Virus record (IMG/VR): IMGVR_UViG_3300022725_000257
Span: 1-57,312 of that record
Length of the DNA stretch: 57,312 bases
From: a virus
Taxonomy: Duplodnaviria; Caudoviricetes
Direction: 5' to 3' (one strand)
The notes under the pieces are model-generated. The model searched no databases. It saw nothing but the letters and a program-made list of their open reading frames with translations, and had not been told where the DNA came from. Within the stretch, counting starts at the first letter, position 1. Each line of letters opens with the position of its first letter. Positions 48,401 to 56,978 of this stretch are shown piece after piece. The position numbers and the translations under genes are program-made.

Positions 48401-51400
48401 GATGAAGGCGTTAATATGATACCTGTTAAAGTATCCCACCCGACTATACAGTTTTCTAAAAACAGAGGTGCATTACGTACAATTTTTACCGCACATAGCG
48501 ATAATAACCCCGAACAAATAGCCGATAATATCGGCCGGCGTGAAACAGGGCTACAAAGTGCTATTTACCCAAGCGATATTGATGAACGTAATATAGCGGA
48601 TTCCGGCCGAAGAGAAATTCCTGAATCTGGTGATCCGGGCTTAGGTGAAGGTTCCCGAAGCGAACTTATCGGCCCAGCCCGACAGACCGCAGGAACCGGT
48701 GATGCCCAATTAGCGGGAGCACTTTCCCGAGACAGCGGCCCACAGGAAAGAGTACAAGACCCCGTGCGATTCAGGGATTTAATAAATGAAGTAATTAAAG
48801 CCTTAAAAATAAACGTTAAAAAGGGGAAGCTATCATCATCAGATGCCATTGGCCAGTTTAATACATCAACCGGGCAAATACTTGTAAAGAATACAGAAGC
48901 TATAGATATTATTCTCCATGAAGCTGGGCATGATATAGAGTTTCGCAATCAAGATTTACAGGGTTTATTACGTGTTCACGCAGAAGAACTTATTCCCCTT
49001 AAATATGAATCAGCCCCCGATATCGTTGCCCGTCAAGAAGGATTTGCCGAATTCTTCCGCCTGTACATGCTGAACCCAAAGGCCGCCGAAAAAGCCGCGC
49101 CTAATTTTAACAGGGATTTTCAGAAGTGGTTACAGTCTGATCCTCCTGCCTACGAACCCGGAATATTTGATAAACTTGAACAGGTTAGAACCGGCCACCA
49201 ATTATTTTTACGCCAAGCATCCGACCAGGCTGTAGACGCTGATGTACGTCAAAGTCCCTCAAAAGTTCACACGTTCCTACAGGTACTAAAAGAAAACAGT
49301 ATATCGGATATATGGAATAACTTTAAAAATAGGGCTTATTCACTTATCATTGGTAATGACCGTGCCCTGAGATTAGCCCTGGATAGGTTAAAACAAATTC
49401 ATTTTGAAAATACCGGCGAATCCATAGACTTCGGCCCGCTCTATGATTTTTATAAACTCAACAGGCTTTCAATAGACAGTTATAGTGCGGCGGCTATGGA
49501 TCTTGAGCATGGGGTAATGAACTATCACACCACAAAAAATGAAGGCCCCGGCCTGCGTGAAGCCTTAGAAGTAGCTTTAGGAGATGATTGGAGTAGCCAA
49601 CGCCGAAGGGAGTTTAGCGGGTACTTAGTTGGAAGGAGAATGGTTAATGAGTGGGACCGGTTTTTTGCCGGAGAACTTCCCAACCGACCGAGTAAGTTAA
49701 CTAAGATTGACTATGAGGCGAAGATTGAATTCGCAGAATCAGAAAACCCTTCTTTCAAAAAAGCCGCTGATATGATCAACGAGTACAACAGAAATATGCT
49801 GCAAAAACTTGTTGATTCAGGCCTTATCGAGCAAGCCGCTGCCAACCGAATGCAGGCAAAGATACCCTTTTACGTGCCGCTTTATCGCGAGCAAAACAAA
49901 GAAGACGGGATAAAACCATTCACCGAAAACGCGGTAGGCCTTGCCGATAAAGCCCGGAATTCTCTGATAAAAGCATTTGGGGGATCAGATAAAGAAGTTA
50001 TTGATCCCATCGAGTCTATGATGAAACTCACATACCGGTTCAATAATGCAATAAAGCATAATGATACTAAGGTAGCACTGCTAAACAGTCTTAATATAGC
50101 CGGGCGGGGGTCTGCTGAAATTGGCCAGGAAATTGAAGCTTTTCAGGTTACCCCAAAAACAATAAGTGGTGAGGAAATTAAAAAAGCATTGTCCAAGCAA
50201 AGTGATTGGGCGGCGCTCGATGAACTTGATGCAGAATTGCTTTCTTTGTCTATGTTGGATTTAGATAACTTCGACTTTCCCGATGCTACTATATTCAGAA
50301 CATCTGAGATCAATGAAAAAGGCCGGCCAATTATATATGCACGTGTTAACGGTAAGGTAAGAGCAATACAGTTAAATAACAATGAGTTGGGAATGGAGAT
50401 TTATAACACCCTAACCAGCCAACCATCAAAAAACGCAGATATAATAGCAAATAGCTTAGCTTACCCAGCAAGTGTTCTTAGGACAGGAATAACTACAGAA
50501 CCCAGTTTTTTTATAGCTAATATTGTTAGAGACCAGGTGTCAGCATGGATATTGACAGACGTAGGAGTTAAACCGGGGATTTCATTGGCAGGAGATTTAT
50601 TAACCCGTGCCAGGGAAAATATTAAGGGATTTCAAGGGCCGGCTACAAAAGGGGAGGGTGTTGACGAGAAAACACAGCGTGAATACAGTAGGTTGTACAG
50701 GTCATTTGCCGGAATATCAACCTTTAACCTGTCCGCTATTGATGATGGAAGAATCCAAAAAGAGATTGAAAATCTTAAAAAGAAAAACATTGTTATCCGG
50801 CGCTTAACAAGCGTTAAAGCATTTAATGAACTCCTCGATCTGTCGGAGACCGGCACTCGGCTTTCGATATTTCAGCGAGCTTTTCAGAAAGCTAAGAAAC
50901 GAGGTCTTTCTGATAGAGAAGCTGCCATAGAAGCAGGCTTTGAAGCACGTGATTTTATAGATTTTGGAAGGCACGGATCTGCCACCTTGTATGCCCGGCG
51001 CCTGGTGCCATTTCTCAATGCAGGTATCCAGGGCCTTGACAAAGCAACACGGGTTTTATCAGGGGAAGGAAAGCTGCGGCAAGTGTTATTACCCTTTATT
51101 AAAGATGTTAACGGCCGGCCGCTAACGCCCCAAGAGCAACGAGAGGTTACTGCCGCACGTAAAGCTTGGTTAAAGGTCATGGAGATTGGATCTATCGGGG
51201 CTATATTAGCTGCTATATATGCTGATGATGAAGATTACAACGAAATATCTCCTCAACTTAAAGCTACACACTGGTTTTTACCCGACCCAACACATGACCC
51301 AAAAGAACCCGGACCAAGAAAATTTATTGGTGTTCCCAAGCCATTTGAGCTTGCTGTGGTATCTAACATCATGGAAAATGCGATAGAAGGCTACCGCCAA

Positions 51401-52453
51401 GAAGATCCGGAGTGGTATAAATCTATGGCAAAAAGTATAACCCAGATTATAGCTCCACCATTTACTGCCCCCGGTCTTGCTGTCCCAGCAGAGCTTTGGG
51501 CTAATAAAAGTTTTCATACCGGCGCTCCTATTGTATACCGCCGCCTTAAAGGGTTAGAGTCTTGGCGGCAATACAATTCATATACATCGGATTTTTCAAA
51601 AAGAGTAGGTAAAAAACTTGATCTTTCTCCTGCTATGATTGATCATACAATAATTGGTTTCACAGGTCTCTGGGGGCGAACAGCGCTCAACCTTTCTAAT
51701 TCTGTTAACCCGAATGCCCCAAAAAACGGGTTAGACGACACGTGGGTAGCCCGAAGATTTATTCGCTCCTCAGACCGAGGATCAGCGAGCGAGAGAAGGT
51801 TTTGGAGGTCTGCTGCTGAAGATGAGGGAACCTTTATTACTCGTGCTGCGACATTTAAGGTAGAAGTTGAGGCCGCTGGGGTTGAGGCCGGCCAAGATTA
51901 TTATAACAGTTTAGAAGATCATTACAGGATGTATGCTGCACGTAAATATTTCGACAAAGAAATACGTGAACTTGTACCCGGAATGCAAGTGGATCATCCT
52001 CTTGATCATGCACGAAAAGCATCAAGAAAAATATCACAATTTCGCCGGGAGATATTTGATGAACCCGCCGACCCCGATGAAGGTGAAGTTAATGTATTCA
52101 CGAATATGGCCCCCGATAAAAAACAATTGGCTGATGACCTGCTCGACCGCCTTGCTACAAAATATTATCGTAACTCTCTTATCGCAAGTGGCGACCCGCG
52201 ATGGAAAGGAAGAAGTAAATTTGATTTTGAAGAAACCTTAACAAAAATACGTGTAGAGTTCCCCCGGTTGTTTGTTGAGATCAGGAAAAGATTCTCTCAA
52301 GATACTACCCCGATAAACCCACAACGCCAATACGATGTATACCAGCGGTTCATGAACAGTGATGAACTAAAAACCCGCGTTGATCGGCAAGTCGCCGCAG
52401 AGTTAAGGAAAGTACGTAACCGAATTAACATAAGAAACCGCGAAGATGGATAA
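45404..52453 (+). CDS. Large polyvalent/ejection protein with zincin-like motif and LPD38-like C-terminus
   Basis: 2349 aa; ILHEAGH...EGFAEFF; DFGRHG...VPFLNAGIQG...VPKPFEL...ANKSFHTGAPIV...SPAMIDH. Confidence 0.75.
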   Translation: MDELERLFNAIQQTGVIQDLPDLETFRSSLTGNQQAQQNLHQVLSNSDKFTDIPDFETFRQSLFNRQGQPTESPGGSTDPAQPAPALPSTELPDIRNQPFEQRGFNQQTQPDELTPQQRIGGLNLRAQQLERQARESRFTQPDNTRVANPVFQNAARRAREQRDQLLQSLDTGQSRISSAANSLAKGLANTLGTDTIKSIGVVSAITNPFNPAASVSNLANIEENPVFSVGAELGRKVEETFPTNPAFQEEMLTSVLPTGLASIIAFGLGGLATRGLKLGSSLGSGALGALSVSGNEFQRAIDEGADPEEAFGVWLLNLPVGGIEAIPIANSLKKLDEATAGGVRGVLSQGFSGGMEELVQEVGQNFASNAIGKGLVNQTRSLFEGVAEGGAAGFILGGLMRGTTTAIGNQLNKLSAEQQEELKKFQETLNKEIDKSKGSFYQPTGTLFSRQAGDEGRTVIREIDLGPSVVIDPSAPPQVLADQLQNAEQEAQRQRKVQSDAGNTQAVEALEEQIERISFARQELIKETISSPNPNQPVVNDQQLTSEGQELLQRVDSGGQPGFVTNNMRRVAVENGIEVNERTTVEDIIGDLRERQNFPQPQPVSQLESQEGVNPVEASAEILPDIGIKVDSQQLTGAPTTTDLSLSMAVRDNEGNVFTAPREEAPNHLAIFERFDLNVENTDGGGFLTPDGRYLSRNEAAQYQQAVTGRAGAVPGVLFSEDFVPPPPQNEEVETLGGATFVEVTSDGPVVRDITGNPIPENDARATRSLAEFFSTQTSPAGQVQRTQRDSDLTFARRVAQESTNPVQIANELANLEDLQGSQDSEIQNNLRERFEQVTGTELSPQLAAGIQQQTARQNPQPVTLSLSQQEGRVDEGFEVPVGRTLGSRTGQNLSPEIVLGAVDGGEFFDNAASSVESTLAASSRETIVYMTPEQFLNLAGGPTQDSGGLSQDTLIDALESLDEGFDVLPSLNLRTVQGTESMQVSKASHAEIVQVLSDEGVNMIPVKVSHPTIQFSKNRGALRTIFTAHSDNNPEQIADNIGRRETGLQSAIYPSDIDERNIADSGRREIPESGDPGLGEGSRSELIGPARQTAGTGDAQLAGALSRDSGPQERVQDPVRFRDLINEVIKALKINVKKGKLSSSDAIGQFNTSTGQILVKNTEAIDIILHEAGHDIEFRNQDLQGLLRVHAEELIPLKYESAPDIVARQEGFAEFFRLYMLNPKAAEKAAPNFNRDFQKWLQSDPPAYEPGIFDKLEQVRTGHQLFLRQASDQAVDADVRQSPSKVHTFLQVLKENSISDIWNNFKNRAYSLIIGNDRALRLALDRLKQIHFENTGESIDFGPLYDFYKLNRLSIDSYSAAAMDLEHGVMNYHTTKNEGPGLREALEVALGDDWSSQRRREFSGYLVGRRMVNEWDRFFAGELPNRPSKLTKIDYEAKIEFAESENPSFKKAADMINEYNRNMLQKLVDSGLIEQAAANRMQAKIPFYVPLYREQNKEDGIKPFTENAVGLADKARNSLIKAFGGSDKEVIDPIESMMKLTYRFNNAIKHNDTKVALLNSLNIAGRGSAEIGQEIEAFQVTPKTISGEEIKKALSKQSDWAALDELDAELLSLSMLDLDNFDFPDATIFRTSEINEKGRPIIYARVNGKVRAIQLNNNELGMEIYNTLTSQPSKNADIIANSLAYPASVLRTGITTEPSFFIANIVRDQVSAWILTDVGVKPGISLAGDLLTRARENIKGFQGPATKGEGVDEKTQREYSRLYRSFAGISTFNLSAIDDGRIQKEIENLKKKNIVIRRLTSVKAFNELLDLSETGTRLSIFQRAFQKAKKRGLSDREAAIEAGFEARDFIDFGRHGSATLYARRLVPFLNAGIQGLDKATRVLSGEGKLRQVLLPFIKDVNGRPLTPQEQREVTAARKAWLKVMEIGSIGAILAAIYADDEDYNEISPQLKATHWFLPDPTHDPKEPGPRKFIGVPKPFELAVVSNIMENAIEGYRQEDPEWYKSMAKSITQIIAPPFTAPGLAVPAELWANKSFHTGAPIVYRRLKGLESWRQYNSYTSDFSKRVGKKLDLSPAMIDHTIIGFTGLWGRTALNLSNSVNPNAPKNGLDDTWVARRFIRSSDRGSASERRFWRSAAEDEGTFITRAATFKVEVEAAGVEAGQDYYNSLEDHYRMYAARKYFDKEIRELVPGMQVDHPLDHARKASRKISQFRREIFDEPADPDEGEVNVFTNMAPDKKQLADDLLDRLATKYYRNSLIASGDPRWKGRSKFDFEETLTKIRVEFPRLFVEIRKRFSQDTTPINPQRQYDVYQRFMNSDELKTRVDRQVAAELRKVRNRINIRNREDG

Positions 52454-52991
52454 ATATAAAGAAGTTATAGACCAAAACGGGGGTAATTTTACCTTAGATG
52501 AATTTGCTGTTATAAAAGGAACAACGGCTGAAGATATTGATTTCGATCATTTCAGGGCAGATATAAAGTTTCGTGCATGGCACGGTTACCCAACAATGAT
52601 TACTTCTGCATTTCGCCCCGGGGACGATGGCGCTCATGGCGATGGATTGGCAACAGATAAAATATTGTTTTATACTTACCGTGAGCATGTTGTTGAACCT
52701 ATTGTGCAATGGAGGCTTGCGACCACATTCCCCTGGATGGGAGTTGGTTTATATTTTGATTGGTATTTTACCGACCGACAAGGCCGCCAAAGAAAAGCTT
52801 GCGGTATTCATACCGATAGCCTTGTCAATAAAAACAGGCCCCTAAGGTGGATTCGTACAACAAAGATTATTGATGATGAAAAAGTCAGGTTGTATTATTA
52901 TCAAAACCCTCATACTGGTTTGTTTTTTAACCAGAAAACAAATGAACAAATAACTTTAGATGATGCAATCAGAAACTTTTGGACCACATAA
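52446..52991 (+). CDS. Endolysin, peptidase M15-like
   Basis: ITSAFR...AHGDGLATD...GVGLY...IHTD zinc-peptidase pattern. Confidence 0.7.
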   Translation: MDKYKEVIDQNGGNFTLDEFAVIKGTTAEDIDFDHFRADIKFRAWHGYPTMITSAFRPGDDGAHGDGLATDKILFYTYREHVVEPIVQWRLATTFPWMGVGLYFDWYFTDRQGRQRKACGIHTDSLVNKNRPLRWIRTTKIIDDEKVRLYYYQNPHTGLFFNQKTNEQITLDDAIRNFWTT

Positions 52992-53037
52992 TCACGAATG
53001 TTCTGTAACAAATGGTTCGTTAAAATATCATAAGAGT

Positions 53038-53535
53038 ATGTTAAAGGCATTTTTTATTGAACCATTTTTACATTCGGTTAAAGGCATTTTTGAACATATA
53101 TACATAAAGACTATTTTAGGATTAACAGCGCTTCCGGCGTTATTAGCTTTCGAGTTGTTTAACACACCGTCATTGTGGTGGAAGGGTTTGTTGTGGTTGG
53201 TTGTATTAGACTGGCTGTCTGGGGTTATAACGGCGATTTATAACAAAGAATTTGACTGGAATATAGCTATTAGTAAATGGTATCAAGTAGCAAGTTATAC
53301 TATTATTTGCGCATCAGCATCAATCGTTGCGAATACTTTTGGCGGCTACTTTAGTTATTTTCAATATGTAGTGTATGCAACATTATTTTTAAAAGAATTT
53401 GTTTCAATCCTTAAAACTTTTAATGTGCTTTCTTTGATACAAATTACCCATGCATTTATTGTAAGCGATAAAGGAGAATCTGGTATTCGTGAATTTATTA
53501 AATATCTTAACGAACAAAACAAAAAAAAGGAATAA
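53038..53535 (+). CDS. Holin-like membrane protein
   Basis: Several TM segments; LDWLSGV...KEFVSIL pattern; adjacent to endolysin. Confidence 0.7.
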   Translation: MLKAFFIEPFLHSVKGIFEHIYIKTILGLTALPALLAFELFNTPSLWWKGLLWLVVLDWLSGVITAIYNKEFDWNIAISKWYQVASYTIICASASIVANTFGGYFSYFQYVVYATLFLKEFVSILKTFNVLSLIQITHAFIVSDKGESGIREFIKYLNEQNKKKE

Positions 53536-53538
53536 CAC

Positions 53539-53838
53539 ATGGACATAATTACAGAGTTTTTAACCCCAGAAACGATAACTGGAATTATCGGTTTTATTGT
53601 TGTTGCTGTTGCTGGTAAATTAGGCATAGACTTTATCACAGAAATCGAAAAAATTTTTGAAACCATTAAACGAGCTTTTTCAGAAGATAGCGATGAAGGA
53701 TCTGAATTAAGTGAGCCAGAAAAGCAGGTGGTCAAAGATGAACTATTTGACCTTGCCTTAAAGTTTTATGGTAAGTACCGTAAAACAATAACTGGCCGGT
53801 TGGTAAAAGGAATATCAAAATTTAAATTTTGGGGGTAA
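53539..53838 (+). CDS. Membrane-anchored lysis-module protein
   Basis: N-terminal TM segment. Confidence 0.55.
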   Translation: MDIITEFLTPETITGIIGFIVVAVAGKLGIDFITEIEKIFETIKRAFSEDSDEGSELSEPEKQVVKDELFDLALKFYGKYRKTITGRLVKGISKFKFWG

Positions 53839-54341
53839 TGATGGGAAGACCAATTCGCGAATGGGGTATTGTACGTGCTATCACAAAGAAAGTTCCTAAA
53901 CTTGCCGGAGAAGTTGCCGGAGGAATCGTTGAAGTGATAACCGGTGAAAATCCTGTTGAAGTTGTAAAAGAGCGTATCAGTAAAAAAATTAAAGAAGACA
54001 AAGAGATTAGCCAGTCTGATAAAAATGAACTTATTAAACAACTCGAAGAAACGATGTCCTTGGCTCAACTTGAATATAAAGACCGCGTCAATGCCCGGCA
54101 AACAGAAGTAGATCGCCTAAAGCACGGTAAATCCTGGTTAGCCCAAAACTTCCTATATATATTTAGTTTATTTCTGTTGCTTATAGGTACAGGTATGATC
54201 ATAATGATGTTCTTTTTTCATATTCCTGAACAAAATGAAGACATGATAAAATCTGCCGTTACTATATACTACACAGTAGGTCTCTTTGGAATGTTTCAGT
54301 ATTTCTTTGGTGATGTTGAAAAGAATCGTATAGGTAGATAG
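53838..54341 (+). CDS. Holin-like protein with C-terminal TM helices
   Basis: DRVNAR..E motif, two TM segments, YFFG end. Confidence 0.6.
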   Translation: MMGRPIREWGIVRAITKKVPKLAGEVAGGIVEVITGENPVEVVKERISKKIKEDKEISQSDKNELIKQLEETMSLAQLEYKDRVNARQTEVDRLKHGKSWLAQNFLYIFSLFLLLIGTGMIIMMFFFHIPEQNEDMIKSAVTIYYTVGLFGMFQYFFGDVEKNRIGR

Positions 54342-54396
54342 AACACCCTAAAACTGCTTGTAGTGTTTTGAAATACACTACAGGCTTACCGCATTA

Positions 54397-54457
54397 AGCA
54401 GCCATTTTTACCAGGCCCGGTATCCAGCCTGCTGTATAAAAGTGGTTGCTTTTTTTA
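54397..54457 (+). terminator. Terminator closing the late arm
   Basis: AAGCAGCCATTTT...AAAAGTGGTTGCTT followed by a T-run. Confidence 0.65.
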
Positions 54458-54489
54458 TGTCGAATATTTACAATTTTTTACAACAGCCA

Positions 54490-54518
54490 TTGATTTATTT
54501 TTTTATTTTTGGTAAAAA
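54490..54518 (+). promoter_or_regulatory. Candidate promoter reading into cassette array I
   Basis: TTGATT-17-TAAAAA with extended -10 TG. Confidence 0.4.
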
Positions 54519-54550
54519 ACCACCTCCCGATTGGTACAACCGATTGAACC

Positions 54551-54589
54551 GAGACGGCTCTGTCGTCTGACTTAAATTGCTTGTTATGC
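54551..54589. other. attC-like half-site A (right arm only)
   Basis: GTCGTCTGACTTAAATTGCTTGTTAT matches the right arms of sites C and J; no left arm upstream. Confidence 0.75.
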
Positions 54590-54765
54590 TTACAGAAATC
54601 GACAAACTATTTGGATGCGAAGAAGAATACGATAATGTTTTTGAGGCTGAGATAGATCAGGAGCTGCAAGAGGCGTTTGAAGACATGTGGTGCACCTGTG
54701 GAGCCTATGTAATTCGAAATGGAAAGATAAAAAAAGAAGCAGACTGTTTATGTGGCTATGGATAG
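54586..54765 (+). CDS. Small acidic Cys-containing protein; cassette gene
   Basis: ATG within GTTATG; CTCG...DCLCG. Confidence 0.65.
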   Translation: MLTEIDKLFGCEEEYDNVFEAEIDQELQEAFEDMWCTCGAYVIRNGKIKKEADCLCGYG

Positions 54766-54768
54766 TAA

Positions 54769-54863
54769 GCATAAGGTATTTGCAAATAAGCTGCCCGCGA
54801 AAGTCGTAGGTTGCACAAAATAATAATAACTACAAGCAGGTCAGGTTGATACGATTGTTATGC
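54769..54863. other. attC-like hairpin B (decayed: TAAG instead of TAAC)
   Basis: Homologous to site E (TGCAAATAAGCTGCC...CAAGCAGGTCAG), outer stem mismatched. Confidence 0.7.
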
Positions 54864-55387
54864 CTCCCAATTACAAAGATGTATTTTTTATAATTGATTA
54901 CGAAACAACAGGTGTTGGAAAAAATGATGTACCAATAGAGGTTGGTATTATTGTAACAGACTCTGAATGGACTGAACTTGACAGAATGGAGTCTTTAATC
55001 TATTCGGATTATTCAATTCAATTGCCCCCGGACTACTGGGATAAGGCAAAAGAATTTCACGGTATTGATCAGGAAACAATTAAGCATAAGGGAATATTTG
55101 CAAGCCGTGTAGCAAAGAAAATACATGATTTAGCAAAGAAGTGGAATCCAGTTTGTGGTCGTGTAATTCTTCTTTCTGACAATATTCAGTTTGAATGGAA
55201 ACACACACAATGGCTTTTTAACTACATTGATTTAGACGTGACAGACATATTCCATTACTGTGGGTGGGATACTTCATTACTATCATTGTTTACTTCATTC
55301 AAAGACCCATCTGGTACAGATCACAGGGCGCTATCAGATGTTGAGGGACTTTTGAATGAATTAAGGAGAGTAGCTAAGGAGGGATAA
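54860..55387 (+). CDS. DEDDh 3'-5' exonuclease; cassette gene
   Basis: IDYETTG...IEVG...HGI...DT...HRALSD. Confidence 0.85.
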   Translation: MPPNYKDVFFIIDYETTGVGKNDVPIEVGIIVTDSEWTELDRMESLIYSDYSIQLPPDYWDKAKEFHGIDQETIKHKGIFASRVAKKIHDLAKKWNPVCGRVILLSDNIQFEWKHTQWLFNYIDLDVTDIFHYCGWDTSLLSLFTSFKDPSGTDHRALSDVEGLLNELRRVAKEG

Positions 55388-55474
55388 CGTTGCTGCAATT
55401 AAGCGGCGGCACTAACTGAACAGAAATCGAAACTAAGGGCGGCTTTGCCGCCTGACTTAAATTGCTTGTTATAT
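55382..55474. other. attC-like hairpin C
   Basis: Same arms as site J with a shorter loop. Confidence 0.85.
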
Positions 55475-55476
55475 AT

Positions 55477-55671
55477 ATGACGACAAAGGAATTTTTACTT
55501 GAAAAAGAACTGAACTGGACTCGAATAGAGGAAATGCAGGAAGAATTGAAACGGAATCAAAAAACGATTGATGATCTTATAAAGCGTAATGATGATCTAT
55601 ATGCAAAAATGCAGATAATAGCCCAAGACATGCAGAAAAAAGCTGAGGAGCTTGATAAGGTATATGTATAA
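55477..55671 (+). CDS. Small coiled-coil protein; cassette gene
   Basis: ATG just after GTTATATAT; stop is the TAA of TAAC. Confidence 0.7.
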   Translation: MTTKEFLLEKELNWTRIEEMQEELKRNQKTIDDLIKRNDDLYAKMQIIAQDMQKKAEELDKVYV

Positions 55672-55843
55672 CGGGGAGCTTCAACCAATAAAGAATTAAA
55701 AATGAGCAAAAAACTTAGAGAACAATTTGTGAAAGAAACCGGCAAATCTCCTGCTGATTGGGAGATGGACAGCCCTGTATTTCACCCAAAATATGTTGAA
55801 TGGTTAGAAGCAAAAGCCGGTCAGCACGAACCGATTGTTATGC
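55666..55843. other. attC-like site D (right arm intact, left arm not complementary)
   Basis: GCCGG-T-CAGCAC-G-AACCG-att-GTTAT right arm lies inside CDS 55702..56004. Confidence 0.6.
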
Positions 55844-56004
55844 CACAAAATGAAAGTGAGAAACAGGCCTTTTTTATTGTTACTGTTATGAGAAATATGA
55901 ATAAAGATGAGGTTGAAATGCTTTGCGAAAATCTGCTTGCGAGATATGATATTAATTTACCACGATTGATACAGTGTGTAGAGCAAATTAAGGATGTGCT
56001 ATAA
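55702..56004 (+). CDS. Hypothetical two-part protein spanning an attC-like arm; cassette gene
   Basis: N-part ...YVEWLE, linker AGQHEPIVMP encoded by the arm. Confidence 0.7.
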   Translation: MSKKLREQFVKETGKSPADWEMDSPVFHPKYVEWLEAKAGQHEPIVMPQNESEKQAFFIVTVMRNMNKDEVEMLCENLLARYDINLPRLIQCVEQIKDVL

Positions 56005-56094
56005 CGAAATTGCAAATAAGCTGCCTGCGAAAATCGCAACAGCTTCATATTAAACACTAACTGCAAGCAGGTCAGCTTGATTTGCTTGTTATAC
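55999..56094. other. attC-like hairpin E (most canonical)
   Basis: TATAAC-gaaatt-GCAAAT-AAGCTG-CCTGC ... GCAGG-T-CAGCTT-G-ATTTGC-tt-GTTATA. Confidence 0.9.
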
Positions 56095-56107
56095 TGCGAG
56101 GTAGATT

Positions 56108-56437
56108 ATGGGACTTGATTTTGGACATACCTGCCCTGATATAGACAGGGGAATCGAAGCATTTAAGGATGATTTAAAAATGTTTTTGAGCGAAGTAATA
56201 GATGATGTTTGTCCTTTACTCGAAGGTGAAGTGAAAGATGATCTTGTGAAAAGTTACGCTGATGATATTTATAACGAGTTTGGGGGTAATTTTGAGAATG
56301 TCAGAAAAACCAATGAAGAAATGCGAAGTGAAGCGGACAGGCAAATTGGTGAATTACAGGATGAGGTTGGTGAATTACGATCAGAAATAGAAGACCTTAG
56401 ATACCAACTGGAAAATGAAAGGGCATTAGCAGTGTAA
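56108..56437 (+). CDS. Coiled-coil hypothetical protein; cassette gene
   Basis: HTCPDID...ENVRKTNEEMR; stop is the TAA of TAAC. Confidence 0.75.
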   Translation: MGLDFGHTCPDIDRGIEAFKDDLKMFLSEVIDDVCPLLEGEVKDDLVKSYADDIYNEFGGNFENVRKTNEEMRSEADRQIGELQDEVGELRSEIEDLRYQLENERALAV

Positions 56438-56552
56438 CGTGTGAGGCGTAAGCGGCAAGCAGATTAGAAATTTATGGAAGCTAAAAAACTAAATAAGATG
56501 AATGAAACGAAAACAAAGGCTGAAGCTTGTCCGCTTGATGCGCTTGTTATAC
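56432..56552. other. attC-like hairpin F
   Basis: TAAC-gtgtga-GGCGT-AAGCGG-CAAGC ... GCTTG-T-CCGCTT-G-ATGC..tt-GTTA; same family as K; ATG 56474 in the loop. Confidence 0.85.
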
Positions 56553-56827
56553 AACCGGAGATGATTATGAGTAATGGACAAGATAAAGGTAATAACACAT
56601 ATACAGATTACAGTTTTCAAGGTCAATCACCGTTTGCAGAGAATGCGGTATCATTGCTTTTGGCTGACAATTCAAGTGTAAAATATAAAGGCGAAGAATT
56701 TGAGGCAATACAGTTTCATTATGAGTGTCAAGAAACAGAGCAGTGTTTTACTACAGATGAAATTGATGAAATTAACATTAGAATAGTACTCGCTTCTTAT
56801 AGAAATAGAATGCTTTTAAAGCAATGA
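56474..56827 (+). CDS. Hypothetical protein resembling the N-terminal zinc-ribbon of MqsA/YgiT-type antitoxins; cassette gene
   Basis: SPF...YKGEEF....HYECQETEQCFTTDEIDEIN....YR. Confidence 0.5.
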   Translation: MEAKKLNKMNETKTKAEACPLDALVIQPEMIMSNGQDKGNNTYTDYSFQGQSPFAENAVSLLLADNSSVKYKGEEFEAIQFHYECQETEQCFTTDEIDEINIRIVLASYRNRMLLKQ

Positions 56828-56831
56828 GGTT

Positions 56832-56961
56832 GTATAACGGATGGAGCATAACCGGCAGGCATTACAGGCAATGAATTTGAAACAACTAATAACTGAACTA
56901 TAAATCAGCAATAGCTGATGCCGGACAGCTTGCCTGTCCGCTGTTGATGCTATTGTTATAA
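56832..56961. other. attC-like hairpin G
   Basis: TAAC-ggatgg-AGCAT-AAC-CGG-CAGGCA ... TGCCTG-T-CCG-ct-GTT-G-ATGCT-att-GTTA. Confidence 0.85.
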
Positions 56962-56978
56962 ACACACGGAGCGGTAAA

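Noticed and set aside
22489-54341. Numerous minus-strand and shifted-frame ORFs within late genes
   Set aside because: Shadow ORFs of long, tightly packed plus-strand genes with no recognisable motifs.
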